A DNA stretch of 64,000 bases, from NCBI RefSeq assembly GCF_009914755.1, contig NC_060940.1, one strand, 5' to 3'. This DNA is from the human T2T-CHM13v2.0 reference genome, Homo sapiens. A model generated the notes under the pieces. That model saw only the letters and a list, made by a program, of their open reading frames with translations. It was not told the origin of the DNA and did no database searches. The translations under genes were made by a program, and so were the position numbers. Below, piece after piece: positions 1 to 16,254 of this stretch (within the stretch, counting starts at the first letter, position 1; each line of letters begins with the position of its first letter).

Positions 1-161
1 TGTCTCTTCTGACAAGGGCAGATAAGTCCATCATGCGGCCCCAACATTATGACCTTATCTAAGCCTAATAACTTCTCAAAAGCCTCATCTTCAAACACTA
101 TCACATTGAAGATTAAGGCTTGGTTTATGAATTTTCAAGGGCACAAACATTCAATCTATAA
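1..161 (-). mobile_element. ERVL-MaLR LTR fragment (MLT1-type), cut by the window edge
   Basis: Ends in '...atgaattttcaagggcacaaacattcaatctataa', the reverse complement of a typical MLT1 5' end. Confidence 0.65.
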
Positions 162-399
162 TAGGAACAGACCAGCCAAGTATCTTGATTACGATCACAC
201 AGCTAATAAGAATGCAGCCAGCATTCAAACCCACAGAGTCAGACTCCAAAATCCTTATTCTTAGTAATGGATAATGTAGCCTCTTTGATGTTCTATAACC
301 ATGAGCCTTAGTAAGTGAAATAAGAAGACATGGATATAATGGATCAATGTTTGTATGGAATTATGAACTCAGAATTATCTTCATTCAACATGTCCCACC

Positions 400-830
400 T
401 GTTAGCTTATTCTGGGTGTTTCTATGAGGATGTTTTTGGATGACATTAATATTTAAATGCCTGGAATGAGTATCCCAGACTGCCCTCCATTGTGTGGGTG
501 AGCCTCATCTAGTCAGTTGAAGACCTGAATAGGAAAAACCACTGATTCTCCTCTGAGTAAGAAAGAATTCTCCTACCTGATGACCTCCTATTAAGGACCT
601 CAGCTTTTCCTGGTTCTATAACAGGCTTCCAGCTTCTGACTTGAATTGGGATATTAGCCCTGCAGATTTTGGACTTGCCAGTCTATATAATCTCATGAAC
701 CCATTTTTTAAAATAATCAATCAATAAATCCCCCTTTTCTCTTTCTAGATAGATAGATAGATGGATAGATATAGACAGATAGACAGATCGATCCCATCAA
801 TATTGTTTCTCTGGAAAACCCCAGAATAGT
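400..830 (+). mobile_element. ERVL LTR (MLT2 family) containing a (GATA)n run at ~748-785
   Basis: 'ttattctgggtgtttctatgaggatgtttttggatgacattaat', 'gcctcatctagtcagttgaagacctgaatag' and terminal 'tgtttctctggaaaaccc' resemble the recalled MLT2 consensus. Confidence 0.7.
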
Positions 831-2874
831 GTCATATTTCTTTTAGGCTGAGAGTTGTCTGAGTCCTTAGAAGTTGCACACAGATGTCTTTTTAGAAAAG
901 ACCTAGGGCAGAAATGGACAATATAAGTGATGCAATTCAGATGAATGTGTCACCAAGTTATACCTAGAGAAGCTGGTTTGCTACAGCAAAAGTTAAATTC
1001 AAATAGCTGGACTGGAGAAGCTGTGAGATGGGGCACTAGAGGCATCTGGCACATTTGCTTATAAAGAGAAGTTATGTAGAAGAGGTTAAGCAAATCACAA
1101 AAGCCCTTTCATTCTTCTGTATAAAACTGAAAAAACTAATAATTTCCTTGCCTATTTTAGTTTTATTTTCTTTTCCAAAAATTTAATTCTCAATTCTATT
1201 GAAATTTTGAGTAAAAGGTCCACTCTGGATGTCAGAATGGTTGAAATTCAGTATCATCAATGGGTGGAAAGAAAGAAAAAGCAAACAGAATATGATGTTT
1301 CTTTGTCTTTAATGACAGAATTTTTATGCAATGCATGATTTATTAAAGGAATTTGAGCTCGTTAAATCAGGACAAGAGAGAATGAAAATTCATATCCTGT
1401 TTATAATGAAGCTTTGAAAATGATGCCAATTCATCAAACAGTCACTTGATGAATATTTATTAAGAAGCTACTATACTCCAGGAATGCTACTATGTCGGAT
1501 ACATTAGTGAATTAAATAAATATACTTCCTACCCTCGTGCAGTTTGCCATCTAATGTGGGGTACAAATAACCTACCATGTGAACAGTCTGCTGGGAGACA
1601 AGAGGGTTAAGGAAAATTCTCCCGTAAAAATATCATAAGACCTTTGTTCTTAACGAATATAGGGTTTTAATAAGATTCACTTATGTGCAAAATGTCAAGT
1701 GCCAGACACATTCTCTTTTAGCTTAGATCATGGGAATATAAAGTCAACAGACACAATAGTTTAAAAAAAGGAAGGAGGAAAGGAAGAAAACAGCCTTGAA
1801 TCTTAATACCCACAGTCAATTCTCACTGGAAATTAGAATCTCTTTCCAAAAATTAATCTATCTTATGATGATTTACACAAAAAGAGGGTTTAGTGATCTC
1901 ACCTCTTACCAGTACCTCCTCTAGTGCTTCATGATAAAGGGAGGTTAGTCACTGCCTCTTCTGCTTCTATACTTGCTGACTTAACTAATTACTTCTCTGT
2001 GTAACTCTTATTATGAGAGAATGATTGGGCTGCAAATCACCCTTTTGAGCAAGGCTTTTATGCCAAGTCCCTTATAGGCTTCTGTGCAATTTGTCAGGAG
2101 ACATTGTGTGTTGTGGCAACAGTCGGTGATGGTGTCTAATGCAATAGCCTGCAGCTACTTCAGAAGGAACAACAGTCAAAAAAATGATAGAGCTCTACAC
2201 TGCGGAGACAAGATGTGTAAACACATTCTTTTATTCCTTCTTTCAGTCCACCAAAAATAAAACAAAGAAAATCAAAGGAAAAATGAGCATCTGGTTCTGT
2301 TCCAAGAATTAGAGAAAGCAAAACTTTCTTTCTTTATTTCAGGTTTTTTCTTCTCCAAAAATCTGATTCTCAATGCCATTGACTTAGGAAAATACAGCTC
2401 ATTACATCATGGAGCTTCTTTTCTGTCTAGCAGGAGAAATTGACGTTGAAACACAATTTCACTAATAAATATGCACCTGGGAATTCACTGGAAGCATCTT
2501 TGCTTCTTACGTCTGGTTACAATCAATCTCAGCTCATGCAGCTCCACAGCTGTATGAGTTCCTGTATTTTCCCCAAATTTTTATGAGTTCTTGGGGTTTG
2601 CTGCCTTATTTTTCCCTCTACCTTTGTACTTCTAGGTTCTCTTATCTGATTTGCTTCCCTACTCTAATAGAAATAACATAAAAGTCAGTTGTTTCATTGA
2701 TTTCTACCAAAAAATTCATTAAAATCACCATAGCCATCTTGAGGTTGATTTTATTGATGATATTAGGAGTCATGAGGAGAAGTGAGATCTTACCGGCCAT
2801 GACCTTAGGCAAACTTGCTCAATCTATAATAATTTTCTTTCTCTTATCCACTATTGGTTATTCCTCCATAATAG

Positions 2875-3205
<331 letters not shown>

Positions 3206-3239
3206 TACATGCTATTTCTTAACTTCTCTTTAAAATGTT

Positions 3240-4034
3240 TGTGGTAGGCAATTTCAAACTACACTTTTGAGTAGCTTTCTGCCCTCCAGTGTGGGCTGGA
3301 GTTATGAAGTCACTTATAATGAATAGGACATGGCAGAAATGATAAGCCATCTCTTCTGAGATTAGGATATTTTAAAAATGTTGCTTCCTGGCTGAGCGTG
3401 GTCGCTCATGCCTGTAATCCCAGCACTTTGGGAAGCTGAGGCGGGTGGATCACGAGGTCAGGAGATCGAAACCATCCTGGCTAACACGGGGAAACCCTGT
3501 CTATACTAAAAATACAAAAATTTAGCTGGGTGTGGTGGCGGGCGCCTGTAGTCCCAGCTACTAGGGAGGCTGAGGCAGGAGAATGATGAGAATCTGGGAG
3601 GCGGAGCTCGCAGTGAGCAGAGATGGTGCGCCACTGCACTCCAGCCTGGGCTACAGTGCGAGACTCCGTCTCAAAAAAAAAAAAAAAAAAAGTTGCTTCC
3701 CTGTTGGGTATTTTCTCACATTCTTTGGATTGCTTGATCTGGGGAAGTCCTGTGGAGAGGACCATGTGAGTGAGGTTGGAAGTGGATATTCTCAGCCTTG
3801 CCAACATCACATGCATAAGCATAGATGTGAGTCCTCCGAGAGTTGAGCCTTGAGATGCTGGCAGCCCCAGACAACACTTGGACGGCTGCTTTGTAAAAGA
3901 TCCTGGGCCATACCCACCAGCCAAGCCACTCTCAGATTCCTAACCCACAGAAATTGTGTAATAGTAAATGTTTATTGTTTTAAGCTATTAATTTTGGGGG
4001 ATAATTTGTTATGCAGCAGTAGATAATGAATACA
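3240..4034 (+). mobile_element. ERVL-MaLR LTR (MLT1F-like) interrupted by AluY
   Basis: Starts 'tgtggtaggca'; ends 'ttttgggggataatttgttatgcagcagtagataatgaataca'. Confidence 0.7.
3390..3691 (+). mobile_element. AluY with target-site duplication
   Basis: Y-type 'ccatcctggctaacacg', 'cctgtagtcccagc', 'gcggagctcgcagtg'; poly(A) tail; 'gttgcttcc' on both flanks. Confidence 0.93.
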
Positions 4035-5169
4035 ATGTTCAATCCAGACAACTAGATATTGTTTGAACACATTTAAGAGTAGGCATTAAGTATTGTTCAA
4101 TATATTGAAGGCAGAAAGGAGAATTGAAAATTGTTTGCTCCCTCAAAGAGAATTCAATCTATTGGGTGTAAATTAGGACTTAGATAAACGGAAAGTAAAA
4201 AGAAGAAATTTAACCAAGGGAATACACCACCCTTTTTTAACTCATGTCTTTTTTTAGACTTTTTTATTCCAAAACCTATTAGTTTTATTAATGTGCTTAG
4301 CCCAAATAGTGAGTTTTATAGGAAAACCTAAAGACATTCTCTCTGTGTATCGTCAGGTAAGCAGATATCTAAATTCAGCACAATTGTAGTAAATAACTGG
4401 GACTACAATATCTTAATTTTTCCTGCTGGAATCAAGCTTATATTTGACAATGTTGTTTTGTGCCAAACATAAGAGGCTTAGCCAGCAAAAGAAAATCTCT
4501 TGAGACAGCAGTGTGTTGCAAGCCTTAACTCTGTATTATGAGGTGTTCCTTGGTTTCTTTGTTTTATTGTCTATTGTTAAATGTGTTAGATTTGAAATTA
4601 CACTGTGTCACCAAGGAGCCCCCAGGCCTGGACACAACCTTGCTAACAGGCTGAACTCTGGAGCCTTATTTTTCATGATCTCCTGAGACTCTATGCTCAG
4701 ACATATGAAAGCTCTTGCATATTTCCAGTGTTCCAAGACCATTCCTAACTTCCAGGCCTTAGTATATTCTGTTCCATCTGTCTGAGATGCTCTTCTCCAT
4801 TTACATGGATGATATCTACTCATTCTTTAGCATTTAGGTAACACTACTTCCAGAATGCCATTCACAAGTGAATTCAGAGAACTCAACAGTTCCCTTCCCC
4901 CATAGAACCTTTTACCTGATATTAAATTATTTGCTTATATATCAGGACCAGAGGTTGCACATCAGAAAGCCCAAAAGTTATGCAGGCTATATCCAGCTCC
5001 CAAATATTTTTTTGTAACACAAACAAACAAACAAAACCCCCAAACCAAAACAAAACCAAACACCTGATATTGAATATTTTAAGAGCTTTGGCTCACAAAT
5101 TCTCCTAATCCACCACTGTTTCTTATTATCCTGTAGATGGCTGGCATCCCAGTTTGTATTACTTGCCCA

Positions 5170-5315
5170 CCTCTGCTTGATTTATATTTGAGACTTGTGA
5201 CCTTTTGGAGAGAGAAACATTTTTGGTTTACTTTCATGTCCACAACATCTGTCACAGTTCTTGGCACGTTGTATGAACTCAGTAAGCAAATGAATAAATG
5301 AATGAATGAGTGAGT
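5170..5315 (+). mobile_element. L2 3' end fragment
   Basis: 'cacagttcttggcacgttgtatgaactcagtaagcaaatgaataaatgaatgaatgag', a typical L2 tail. Confidence 0.6.
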
Positions 5316-6351
5316 GAGCAGTTTATTAATTAGTAAACATTTATGCTTTAAACTCTGTGTAATTAGAGCAATGTCTTCTTTCTACCGTTGATCTCTTCAA
5401 ACCGTTTGCCAGATTTGTTCTCCATAGGGAGCCATTGATCAACATTCTGATGAATGAATGGATTTTAAGTAAATCCTAGCAAGCCAATCCCACTCAGTAC
5501 CTTATATATTATTTTATCTCTCCACTCATATTCCCTTTTTAAAAATTTCTCTTTATTTTGTCCTTGCAAATGAGATGTTTTGTGAGCTACTCCTCTTAAA
5601 TGACTTTATTACATGTTTTCCCCTCTATTTAGAGAGAAAAACATGTTATATTCAAAACTCTTATTTACACCAACATTGCCATCAATAACCATTGTTTATT
5701 TTTTTAAAACTACCTACTATATCAGGCAGAGCTATTTTCTGGCAAGCGACAATAACTGGATCCAAAAAAAAAATTAACCATGAGGAATTGGTTGACTCAC
5801 CTGACCTAAAAAGTAGCTAGTTTTAGTGATGACTCCAGGAAAAGTACAAACCTTCTAACACTTGTTTCCTCATGTCACTGCATATCAGGTTCTTCTTCAG
5901 ACCAGCATTCTCACAATATAGAAGTCCTGAATACAACTGCTTAAAACTCAGTGTTCTTTCCTTTCTGCTTATACTATTCAAAGCTCAAATTTAAAATAAT
6001 AATTACAAGAAGAAGCATCAAGAAAGGGCTGCTGATTGGGTCCAGTGATAAACAAGTGCTCTAGGTTGGGCCAATCATGCTGATCAGGAGATTAAAATGG
6101 TCTCATTCGTGAGTCTAGAAAGCTTTAGATTGATTGGCAAGTTCTGTAGAATCCCATGAATTGAAAAGAAAGATGTGTGTGTGGGTATGAGCCCTTCTGC
6201 ACACAAAAAAATCAATAAATATCCATTATGACTACCTCTGTACCAGGAAATGTGGAAGACGTAATGTGGTCTATGCCATAGGGAAATTCACAATCGAGTT
6301 GTGACAGGTCATATAATTATAAGTAAATTGTTATTAATAAAAGTTAAATTG

Positions 6352-6718
<367 letters not shown>

Positions 6719-6764
6719 CTAGCAAATTAGCAAATATATAAAAATCTGGGAGGAAAATGGGCTA

Positions 6765-6771
<7 letters not shown>

Positions 6772-6813
<42 letters not shown>

Positions 6814-6870
6814 TATCTATATCATCTATATCTACATCTATATCCATATCTCTGTATCTATCTATATATC
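6772..6870. repeat. (TG)n microsatellite followed by degenerate (TATC)/(TA) repeat
   Basis: Direct inspection. Confidence 0.95.
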
Positions 6871-7299
6871 ACTTCTCTATCAGTTAATCAAAGTAAGGTC
6901 TCTAAAAGTGGAATTGGAGCCTAGAGATAAAAGGTTAGAAATGGGATCATCTTAGAGATAATAGAACCCAAACTGGTTATTTCATGTCTGAGGAAGGAAG
7001 CCCATAAAATTTCACCTCCAGAGAGTCAAGTATGTCATTTTATTATTAGGGGAAGTATTTTTTAAGAAAGTTTTTAAGCTTTTATTACAAACAGTTCTCC
7101 TTGTAGATTCTCTTAAAGGCTTCAATGACACCAGTCTCCTAATTTATACAAAACCCAGGTTTATGTGTACTGAGAGCAATAAAAAAAGAGCTTATACAAT
7201 TTCACTTATGAAAACTTGGCACTCAAGAGTAATCCTGAACTTCTCTTCTTCCCTCACCCTTCATTCAAGACTTCACCAAATCCTGTACATGAGTGATTC

Positions 7300-7382
7300 T
7301 GAAGAATGCAAAGAAGAGTTCCTCACAACAAATAATTGTTTACCTCAAAATGTCAATAGTTCAAAGGATGAGGCACCCCTTT
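7300..7382 (+). mobile_element. MER20-like hAT-Charlie fragment within L2 remnants
   Basis: 'cacaacaaataattgtttacctcaaaatgtcaatagt...gaggcaccct' resembles the MER20 end. Confidence 0.55.
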
Positions 7383-8118
7383 GCAGAATTTACCTCAGAA
7401 GAATATGTCCAAATATGTCCAGTACTCTTTGACTCCATTGCTACCTCATCTCTCCCTTGAACCATGTCCATCACCTCCTAGTTGGTTTCACTAACTCCTG
7501 TCTAGTACCCTGAAGCTCATTCTTTATAAAGCAGCCAAAATGAACTTTCCAGTCTATAATGCTGTGGTTAAAATATTGCTAAAACTTGTCCAGTGGCTTA
7601 CCAACACACAGAGGGAAAGGTGAAGAAATAAGCAAATCACACAAAATCACGTCAATTGTGGTAAGGAGTTTGGCTATTATTCTCAGATTCATTCTCTTTC
7701 CCTGGCTCTTTGTCTTTGCATCACCTTTCTGTTTTAAGAATATTCCAAACTTATTCTTGTTTATGACTTTGGTACCTTTCAATCCTTCTGTCTGAAGTAC
7801 CCTTTCCCTAGATATGTGCTTCATTAACTTCTTCTTGTTATTCATTTATCCAAGAGACTTTCCTTGTCTACTTTGAAATGGGCCCCTCTTCACACTCTCT
7901 CGTTGCCAATTCACCATCCATTCATAATATTTCCATATTTTAAATGTATCTTACTTTTCATCTTCATAGGCAGTATCATCTAAAATATGATGATTTCAGA
8001 TCATGGTAAGATTTATATTTCCATTCCCACGCTTTAGAAAAAAAGCCCCTGTGGTGGCAGAATAATGGCCTCCAAAGATGTCCACGAGCTGGACCTGTGA
8101 ATAGATTGGGATTCATGG

Positions 8119-8447
8119 TGTTTTAGTTCAGGTTGCAATAACAAATTTCCATAAATTGGGTGGCTTATAAACAACAGAAATTTGTTTCTCACAGTTCTGA
8201 AGGGTGAAAGTCTGATATCAGGGTATCAGCATGGTCAGGTTCTGCAGATTGCCTACTTCTCATTATGTCTTCACATGGCTGAAAGGGAGAACTATCTGGG
8301 GTCATTTCATAAAAGCATGAAGCTTCTTGAGGTCTCCACCTTTATGACCTAATTACCTCCCAAAGCCTCCACCTCCCCATATCATCATATTGGGGGTAGA
8401 GAAGATAGAATTTTAATGTATGAATTATGGAGGGACACAAACATTCT
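8119..8447 (-). mobile_element. MLT1A-like LTR nested in MLT1D
   Basis: 'tgggtggcttataaacaacagaaatttgtttctcacagttctg' through 'gagggacacaaacattc'. Confidence 0.7.
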
Positions 8448-9540
<1,093 letters not shown>

Positions 9541-11542
9541 TGAATTTGAGATGAGGAGATGATCCTGTGTTATCCAGATGGCACAATGTAATCACAAGGG
9601 TCTTTATAAATGGGAGAGGGAGGCAGAAGTTAGTGTCAGTGATGTGATGGAGCAAAATTCGACTGGGCATTGGTGACTTTAAAGATAGAAGGGTGGGCCT
9701 CAAACTAAGTAACACAGAAAGCCTCTAGAATCTGGAAAAAGAAAAGAAATGCATTCTCTCCTACAGCCTCTAGAAGGAACATAGCATTGCAGATGCCTTG
9801 ATTTTATCCCAGTGAGATGCATTCTAAACTTCTGACCTCCAGAGCTGTAAGATAATAAATAAATTTGTGTTGTATTAAGCAAAGATTCAATAGTATACAT
9901 TTAATACATTTTACAAAAGCACATTTTAAGAAAGGCATGGCTTCAAGTTATTTTCTTTTCTTTGATGAGAGACATGATTAAATAAATATTAAATATTCAA
10001 CTAAAAGCAAAAAACAAAGATTATGAGGAAGAAAACAAAAAATTGCAAATACAAAAACAAGTGCAAATACTTTGAAATATATAGATAAGTGACATTGATA
10101 AAAGTATCTAGTAGCTGATTCTTTGGAAAAAAATAATTATACCTGGATATTTTAGTTTGTAAAATTAAGATAAACAACTTAGAAATAAGAAAATGAATAA
10201 AACCATTGATGGAATTGAGATTTAAATGATAAAACAATGAAATTATTTTCATTCTTGAAGTGATTGTATTTACTTCTTTCATTGCTTTTCATCAGTGTTG
10301 GATTTATATCAGTGTAATACCTTGTTTGGGGACATAGAAAAACAAAATTACTAGAGCAGATCTTAGGGCAAATTTATCCTTGAAAGGTATCATTTAAGCA
10401 CCTCTCTCCTCTCCAGTGACCTACAGCTCACAATTTAAAATACATTCCTAATCTCAAAGCATAAAAAAAAAGAAAAAAAGGAAAAAATTTACAGTAACAG
10501 CACATAGGCATGCTTTCAAACAGAGGATAAAGCTTCTGTACTGAAAATTCTACAACTAAAGACAGCTTAAGAAGACTTCTTAAGTCTTGGGCAAATTGTC
10601 CTTGGCAGAGTGACAAATCCCAACAGCACATAACTTCTTAGAGTTATCCCTTAATGTTTGAACTATATTATAAACCAAGAAAATAATGACAAGACTGCAA
10701 GTCAACATAAACAAGACAAAAAAGAGGATCTAATCCACTAGCAAAGGAATTGTTCTCTGATAATAAGGAATGACTGGAAGCACTGGTTCCCTTATTGGCT
10801 CATCTGTCTAAACAGCTGTAAAGCTTATGGTTTTATTTATTCTTTTGAATGCTACTAGCTTTGAAACTCCATTGAGTAGTTTAACATACCCATTGTCTTT
10901 CTAAATTGTCACATCTTACTCCATGTGGCAGAGGGATCACCACAATGATTTGATTTCAGATTGCTGACGGTGAGTGCTTTTCTAGGCAGAAAGGGCTGAA
11001 TGCTCTGTGTTTGATTGAATTATATGGCCAACCAAATCATTAGAATACAGAAGAGAAAGTCCCTAAATTGGTAGAAGATATACCCTAGGAAGATTCCTCA
11101 TAACTTGTAATTAACTTAATGCCACGTATTTAGCACAATTGATGATGCCAAAAGCTGTGTGATTTGCTAGATATTAACTTGTTAAGCAATTGATTTACTC
11201 ATGAAAAAGTCAGTACTGTTTTATTTCTATTTAAAACAGAAACAGATTGTTTCTACTTCTTTCCACCTGTATGCATTATATTTCATTTCTAGATACCAGT
11301 GTTTCTCCATATCCCAAGAATCTTTCAATGAGATGCTACTTCAGGGCTGCTATACAAGCAAGTCCTATTTTAGTTCTTGAAAGAGCATGTCATGTCTGGA
11401 AGTAACAGATTACAGTGGCATGTTTCAACCACATTGTTTAGGAGTTCTACAATTTATTATTGTTGATATGAGGCTTAATTACACACTAAGAAAACATAGC
11501 CAGGCCCAAAATTTCTTTAATTAAACAATATTAATACATTAC

Positions 11543-11609
11543 ATATATATATAGAGAGAGAGAGAGAGAGCGAGACAGAGACAGAGAGAGAAAGATCAAG
11601 AGAGAGAGA
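11543..11609. repeat. (TA)n(GA)n compound microsatellite
   Basis: Direct inspection. Confidence 0.9.
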
Positions 11610-11772
11610 ATATCTTCAATGTGCAGGAGGACTTTTACCCAGGGTGCTGATAATTTTATGTTTGTTAAAATCCATGGGAAAGAAAGAATATGTGAACTTC
11701 ATTCACCATTGACTTGGTACTAATTAAGTGTTGAGAACTTCTGGGTCAAAGAGCAAAAAAGAGGTGATGTGT

Positions 11773-12233
11773 TATAAGTGGGAGAGAAAGTCCTCCTTTG
11801 AGGGTGGGGTGTTTAATGAATATTTCAACATAGCCATGGAAAACACACTTGGACAGGCAGTTAGAAATTAAAAGATTGATTATACTCACAGGTCCTACAG
11901 ACAGGTGGCAGGGCATGTGACACAAGGGGCCATATGGGAGGAGCTTCAGGGGAGCAGTTTCAACCATGCAGGAGGGGAGTCAAGAAAGAGAGTGAGGACT
12001 AGTGGGCAAGTGCCTTTACTGGGGAGTACACAAGTGAAAGGTATGAGGGAGTTTTATGAATGCAATTCAATGTCACTAGGCCACAGTCAGACTGAGGCAA
12101 GAGGAACTTGTGGCTGGGACTAGCCTTTTCTCACTAGACCGTCTGGTTGTCTGGGCAGGGTGCTCACAGCCTGTTTGTGAGGCTATTGATTGAGGCATCA
12201 GGAAAATATAGAGTTGTAAAAATTTATAATACA
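11773..12233 (-). mobile_element. Probable ERVL solo LTR (MER54/MER74-like)
   Basis: TG...CA bounded, GC-elevated block with 'attatactcacaggtcct...gggccatatggg' motif. Confidence 0.4.
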
Positions 12234-12714
12234 GATGCTATCTTTGCAAAGCTGAGTCAAAAACCCTAAATATAAATCAAATTTTCTTGAAAGATATTTT
12301 ATTTTCTAAAATTGCTAATTATTTTATCTGCCTCTTTAAGAAAACTAACAGATTTAAGGCTGATTGGATCATTGTTCTTGAGCACCAATATCATAAAAAT
12401 AGACTTTTTTCCCCACTTCATTTTGCTATTTTCTTCTGTATTTACAGTCATATGGACATTTTTCTAAGAATCACAGTGTATAGAATAGTATTGAAAGAAA
12501 GACATCCTTGATATTTAGAAACTGTGTAACCTTATGCAAGGAAAAAATCCTCAACAAGACTTATATATCTTTATTCATCCTCAAGTATCATCAGATCTAC
12601 TTTAAAGAGGTGTAATGAGGACTCAGTGAGCTAATACTCAGAAAAGGATTAGCAAAATGATAGGCACATGAAAATAAATATAAAAATATTGAGATCTCGC
12701 TGTTACTAAAAAAG

Positions 12715-13015
12715 GACCACAATCCTAGTCTAAAACCCTTGGGGTCAAATGTTTCAGAAATTAGAATCTTTTTGCAGATTTTAGAAAGATAATAATGAGC
12801 ATATATTCTGTATTATATAGGACTGATATATTAACAATTCAATAATTTTTGAATATAAAGACAGATTTTTAAAATACTACAATTGACTTACACCCTTTCA
12901 GGTCAGGTTCTGAGACAAAATGAGTTTAGGTCAGGTCAGATTTTGCATTAATAAGTTACAAAAATGTATTATTGAAAGATTTGGGATTTCAGAATGGAAG
13001 TTTATCATATACATT
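12715..13015. mobile_element. MER96B-like DNA transposon fossil
   Basis: 'aaaacccttggggtcaaatgtttcagaaattagaat' and distal 'ttgggatttcagaatgg'. Confidence 0.45.
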
Positions 13016-13019
13016 ATAG

Positions 13020-13342
<323 letters not shown>

Positions 13343-16183
13343 GAGGCAGGACATTTTAAATGCCTAGCAAACATCTGGCTATACATTGGGTTGAGTGCAT
13401 GTTAAAACCTCATTCCTTCTTCATATTTCCTCCTTCCTCCTCTTAAAATTTGTCCCATTCCTCACTTCCCCAGTGCTGTGGGCTCCAATCTCTGAGAAAC
13501 CCTGCAGGAAAGCTCTATGTTTCAGCATGAGTTCACACAGGGTGCTGAACTTCAAAACAGTTTTTACTCTTGGAGTTTCTTGCCATTTCTTGTACAGTGT
13601 CATCTTTCAGCCATCATTTCCTACTTCCCCCTTTCTGTGAATTTTCTACTTCCTTTGACATGTTGTTGTTAACACTAGTGATGTTAGCTCCTATCTGGTG
13701 ATTTTCTCAATGAGCTGAGTTGAACTTACTGGGAATATTCCCCAGCAAAAAGTTTTTTCAAATACTTCCATCCTGTTTGTTCTGATTTAATAATGATTGC
13801 AGCATCAGGTGAAGGTTTTGGTGCAAATAACACATACAACACACACACAAATGTGTATATACAGAAATCTATACCTATACCCATATATTTCTGTATGCCA
13901 TAATGAATAATACATACAAACACATACATGCATACATACATACATACATACGTAATTTTCCCCTTAGGGATATAGACTCATGACAAGACTGAGATGTGTC
14001 TTCCTGACCTATATTCACTGGAAAATTATGCATATCTTAAGGGATGGGTCTGTGATTAAGCTGCACGGGAGGCAGGAGAAGAGCTACTTCCCATGTCTTT
14101 AAAATCTCCTTCCTTGAAGGGCAACTCATTAAAAACAAAACAAAACAAAACCCCAAAAACAACTCAGTGGAGATTTAAAACAGTTTAGGCATCACAGTAG
14201 ATTCTATTCTGGGTCACTTTGCATACCCAAATTGTTTTTTTGAGACTATTAACAATGTCATGCTGAGCAATTTGATACACATTCAGTGGTAAAGCCTGTT
14301 ACTTTTGTTTTACTGGTTTGAAAAATCATCCTCATATATATCCACCCATGGTTATAAGCCTACTTTCTTAACTAGGTAATCTTAAAGAATAACTTCTGCA
14401 TGTATGATGGGGATTTTTTATTCTGGGTGACAGAACCTATTTTGCAGTTTCTATTCACACCCAAATTGTTCTTGAGGAACAATTCAGGCATTATTTGTGT
14501 GGGCCTCCCACACTCAGAATAGGTTAATAGCCAATGTCACCTTCACTGGGCTATTCTTTGGATAAAGACCATTAAGGGAAATAGCTATTTCAGTGAGTGG
14601 CATATTAAAGTTCTAGCCTAGAGCTCTGTCTGCCTCTGGTTCCAATATTTGTGAGCGTGGCTTAGTGAAGAAGCTACAGTCATACTTTCTCCAGGATGTA
14701 AATACCGGGGAATTTAGCCATAAAGCTGGAGCATGAGAAAGATCAGGGCTTGGAGTAAACCAAAAGAGGCTGAAAGAGAATGCTCACTTCTCACTACTCC
14801 ATCACTTTCTTCTCTAAGTACCACAAAACCTCCCAATTTTCTGCGTGTTGTCCCGCCCTCATATCAAGCATCCTTTCGTTCTTTTCATTAGCTCTCCAGT
14901 CACCCTTATTCATGAGTTTATTAGTTCAGGCCTGGAATCTTGCCTCTGAACTGATTTCCAGCCCCCATGTACCATTTCTTAATATCTATGCCCATAAAAT
15001 GTTATTTTAGAGTTAAGTGCTAGGCAAAGCTTTGTTTCTCCCTAAGGATTTGTATGTTTACTGCATGTAGATTATAAGAATGATAAAACCAATTATCTTT
15101 CTCTTTTAATTTTGGCTGCCTGGAAGCTCAGAGCCAAATGTTTGGGTTAATCAAGAGTCTAAAGACTTACTCTAACTACTTTTTTGGCGTTGTCTTTATT
15201 TCTCAGTCCAGGTCTAGAGTTCACATTATAATGCTTTGCTTGCCTTTCTTGGCCTAGATATCTTATTTTAACTCACTTGCCCTGTTCCCATTTTGACTTT
15301 GGCTGAATGGAACTGAATTAATCATAATCTTGTGTTCATATTGTATTTACATTTTATTTTAAAACATTTTTTCTAATTGCAGTTAATCTTATAATACAAT
15401 AAATTCTTTGTGGAATGAGGCGAGGTATAAATAAATAGCTAGTAAGTGGTGCCTTTGCAGCAGGAAGGAAAATGAAGATAAGAGCAGGACTAGGAGGAAT
15501 AAGATCTAATTACTCTGCATGACAAACTGGGATGAGGATGAGGTGACATTTGCTGAGCACAAGGAAAGGAAAGAGATGTGGGGGTTGGGTAAGATAGAAA
15601 ATAAATCACAGTGACCATGGATAAATTATCTGTGTGGGAAATACTCATCGATTTGTAGGAACAGTGAAATGTTATATTAAATATGAGGGTTTTCTGCCCT
15701 AAAAAGAAATTTCCCTTTGCTACAGCAAATGTTTACTAAATTCTGCTACAATAGCCTGGAATTAATGGCACATGGAAGAAAAGATGACTTCCACTGTGTA
15801 ACTTGACAGATAATTGAGATAGGATGGCAAGACTACGAAAGTTGGGATTGTTAAAAAATAATAAAGCAAATGGTAACGGTGACTCACAAGGAAATAGTGA
15901 GTCTTCCAGTATATGAGACAGGGCTTGAGTTACTTCTCTCTTCCTTCTTGCCATTCTTTCCTTTTCCTTTGCCCTTTCTTTGCGTCCTCCTTTTTTTTTC
16001 ATTCCTATTTTTCTCCCTTCTCTCTTTCCTTCATTTTCTTTCTTTATTATCTTCCTTCCTCCCTTCCTTCTCAGAGAGTGTTTGACTGACTTCTATGTGT
16101 CAGAGATTCTGCTAGGCATTTAGATCCCTAGGAGTAAAAAAGAAATGCACGGCTTCTCACATCCTGAAGCTTATATCTTAGTA

Positions 16184-16254
16184 TTAGGTTGGCGCAAAAG
16201 TTATTGCCATTAAAAGAAATGGCAAAAACCGCAATTGTTTTTGCACCAACCTGA
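16184..16254. mobile_element. MADE1 (Hsmar1-derived MITE) with an internal deletion
   Basis: TIRs 'ttaggttggcgcaaaagt' and 'tttttgcaccaacctga'; TA on the left flank; shorter than the ~80-bp consensus. Confidence 0.9.
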
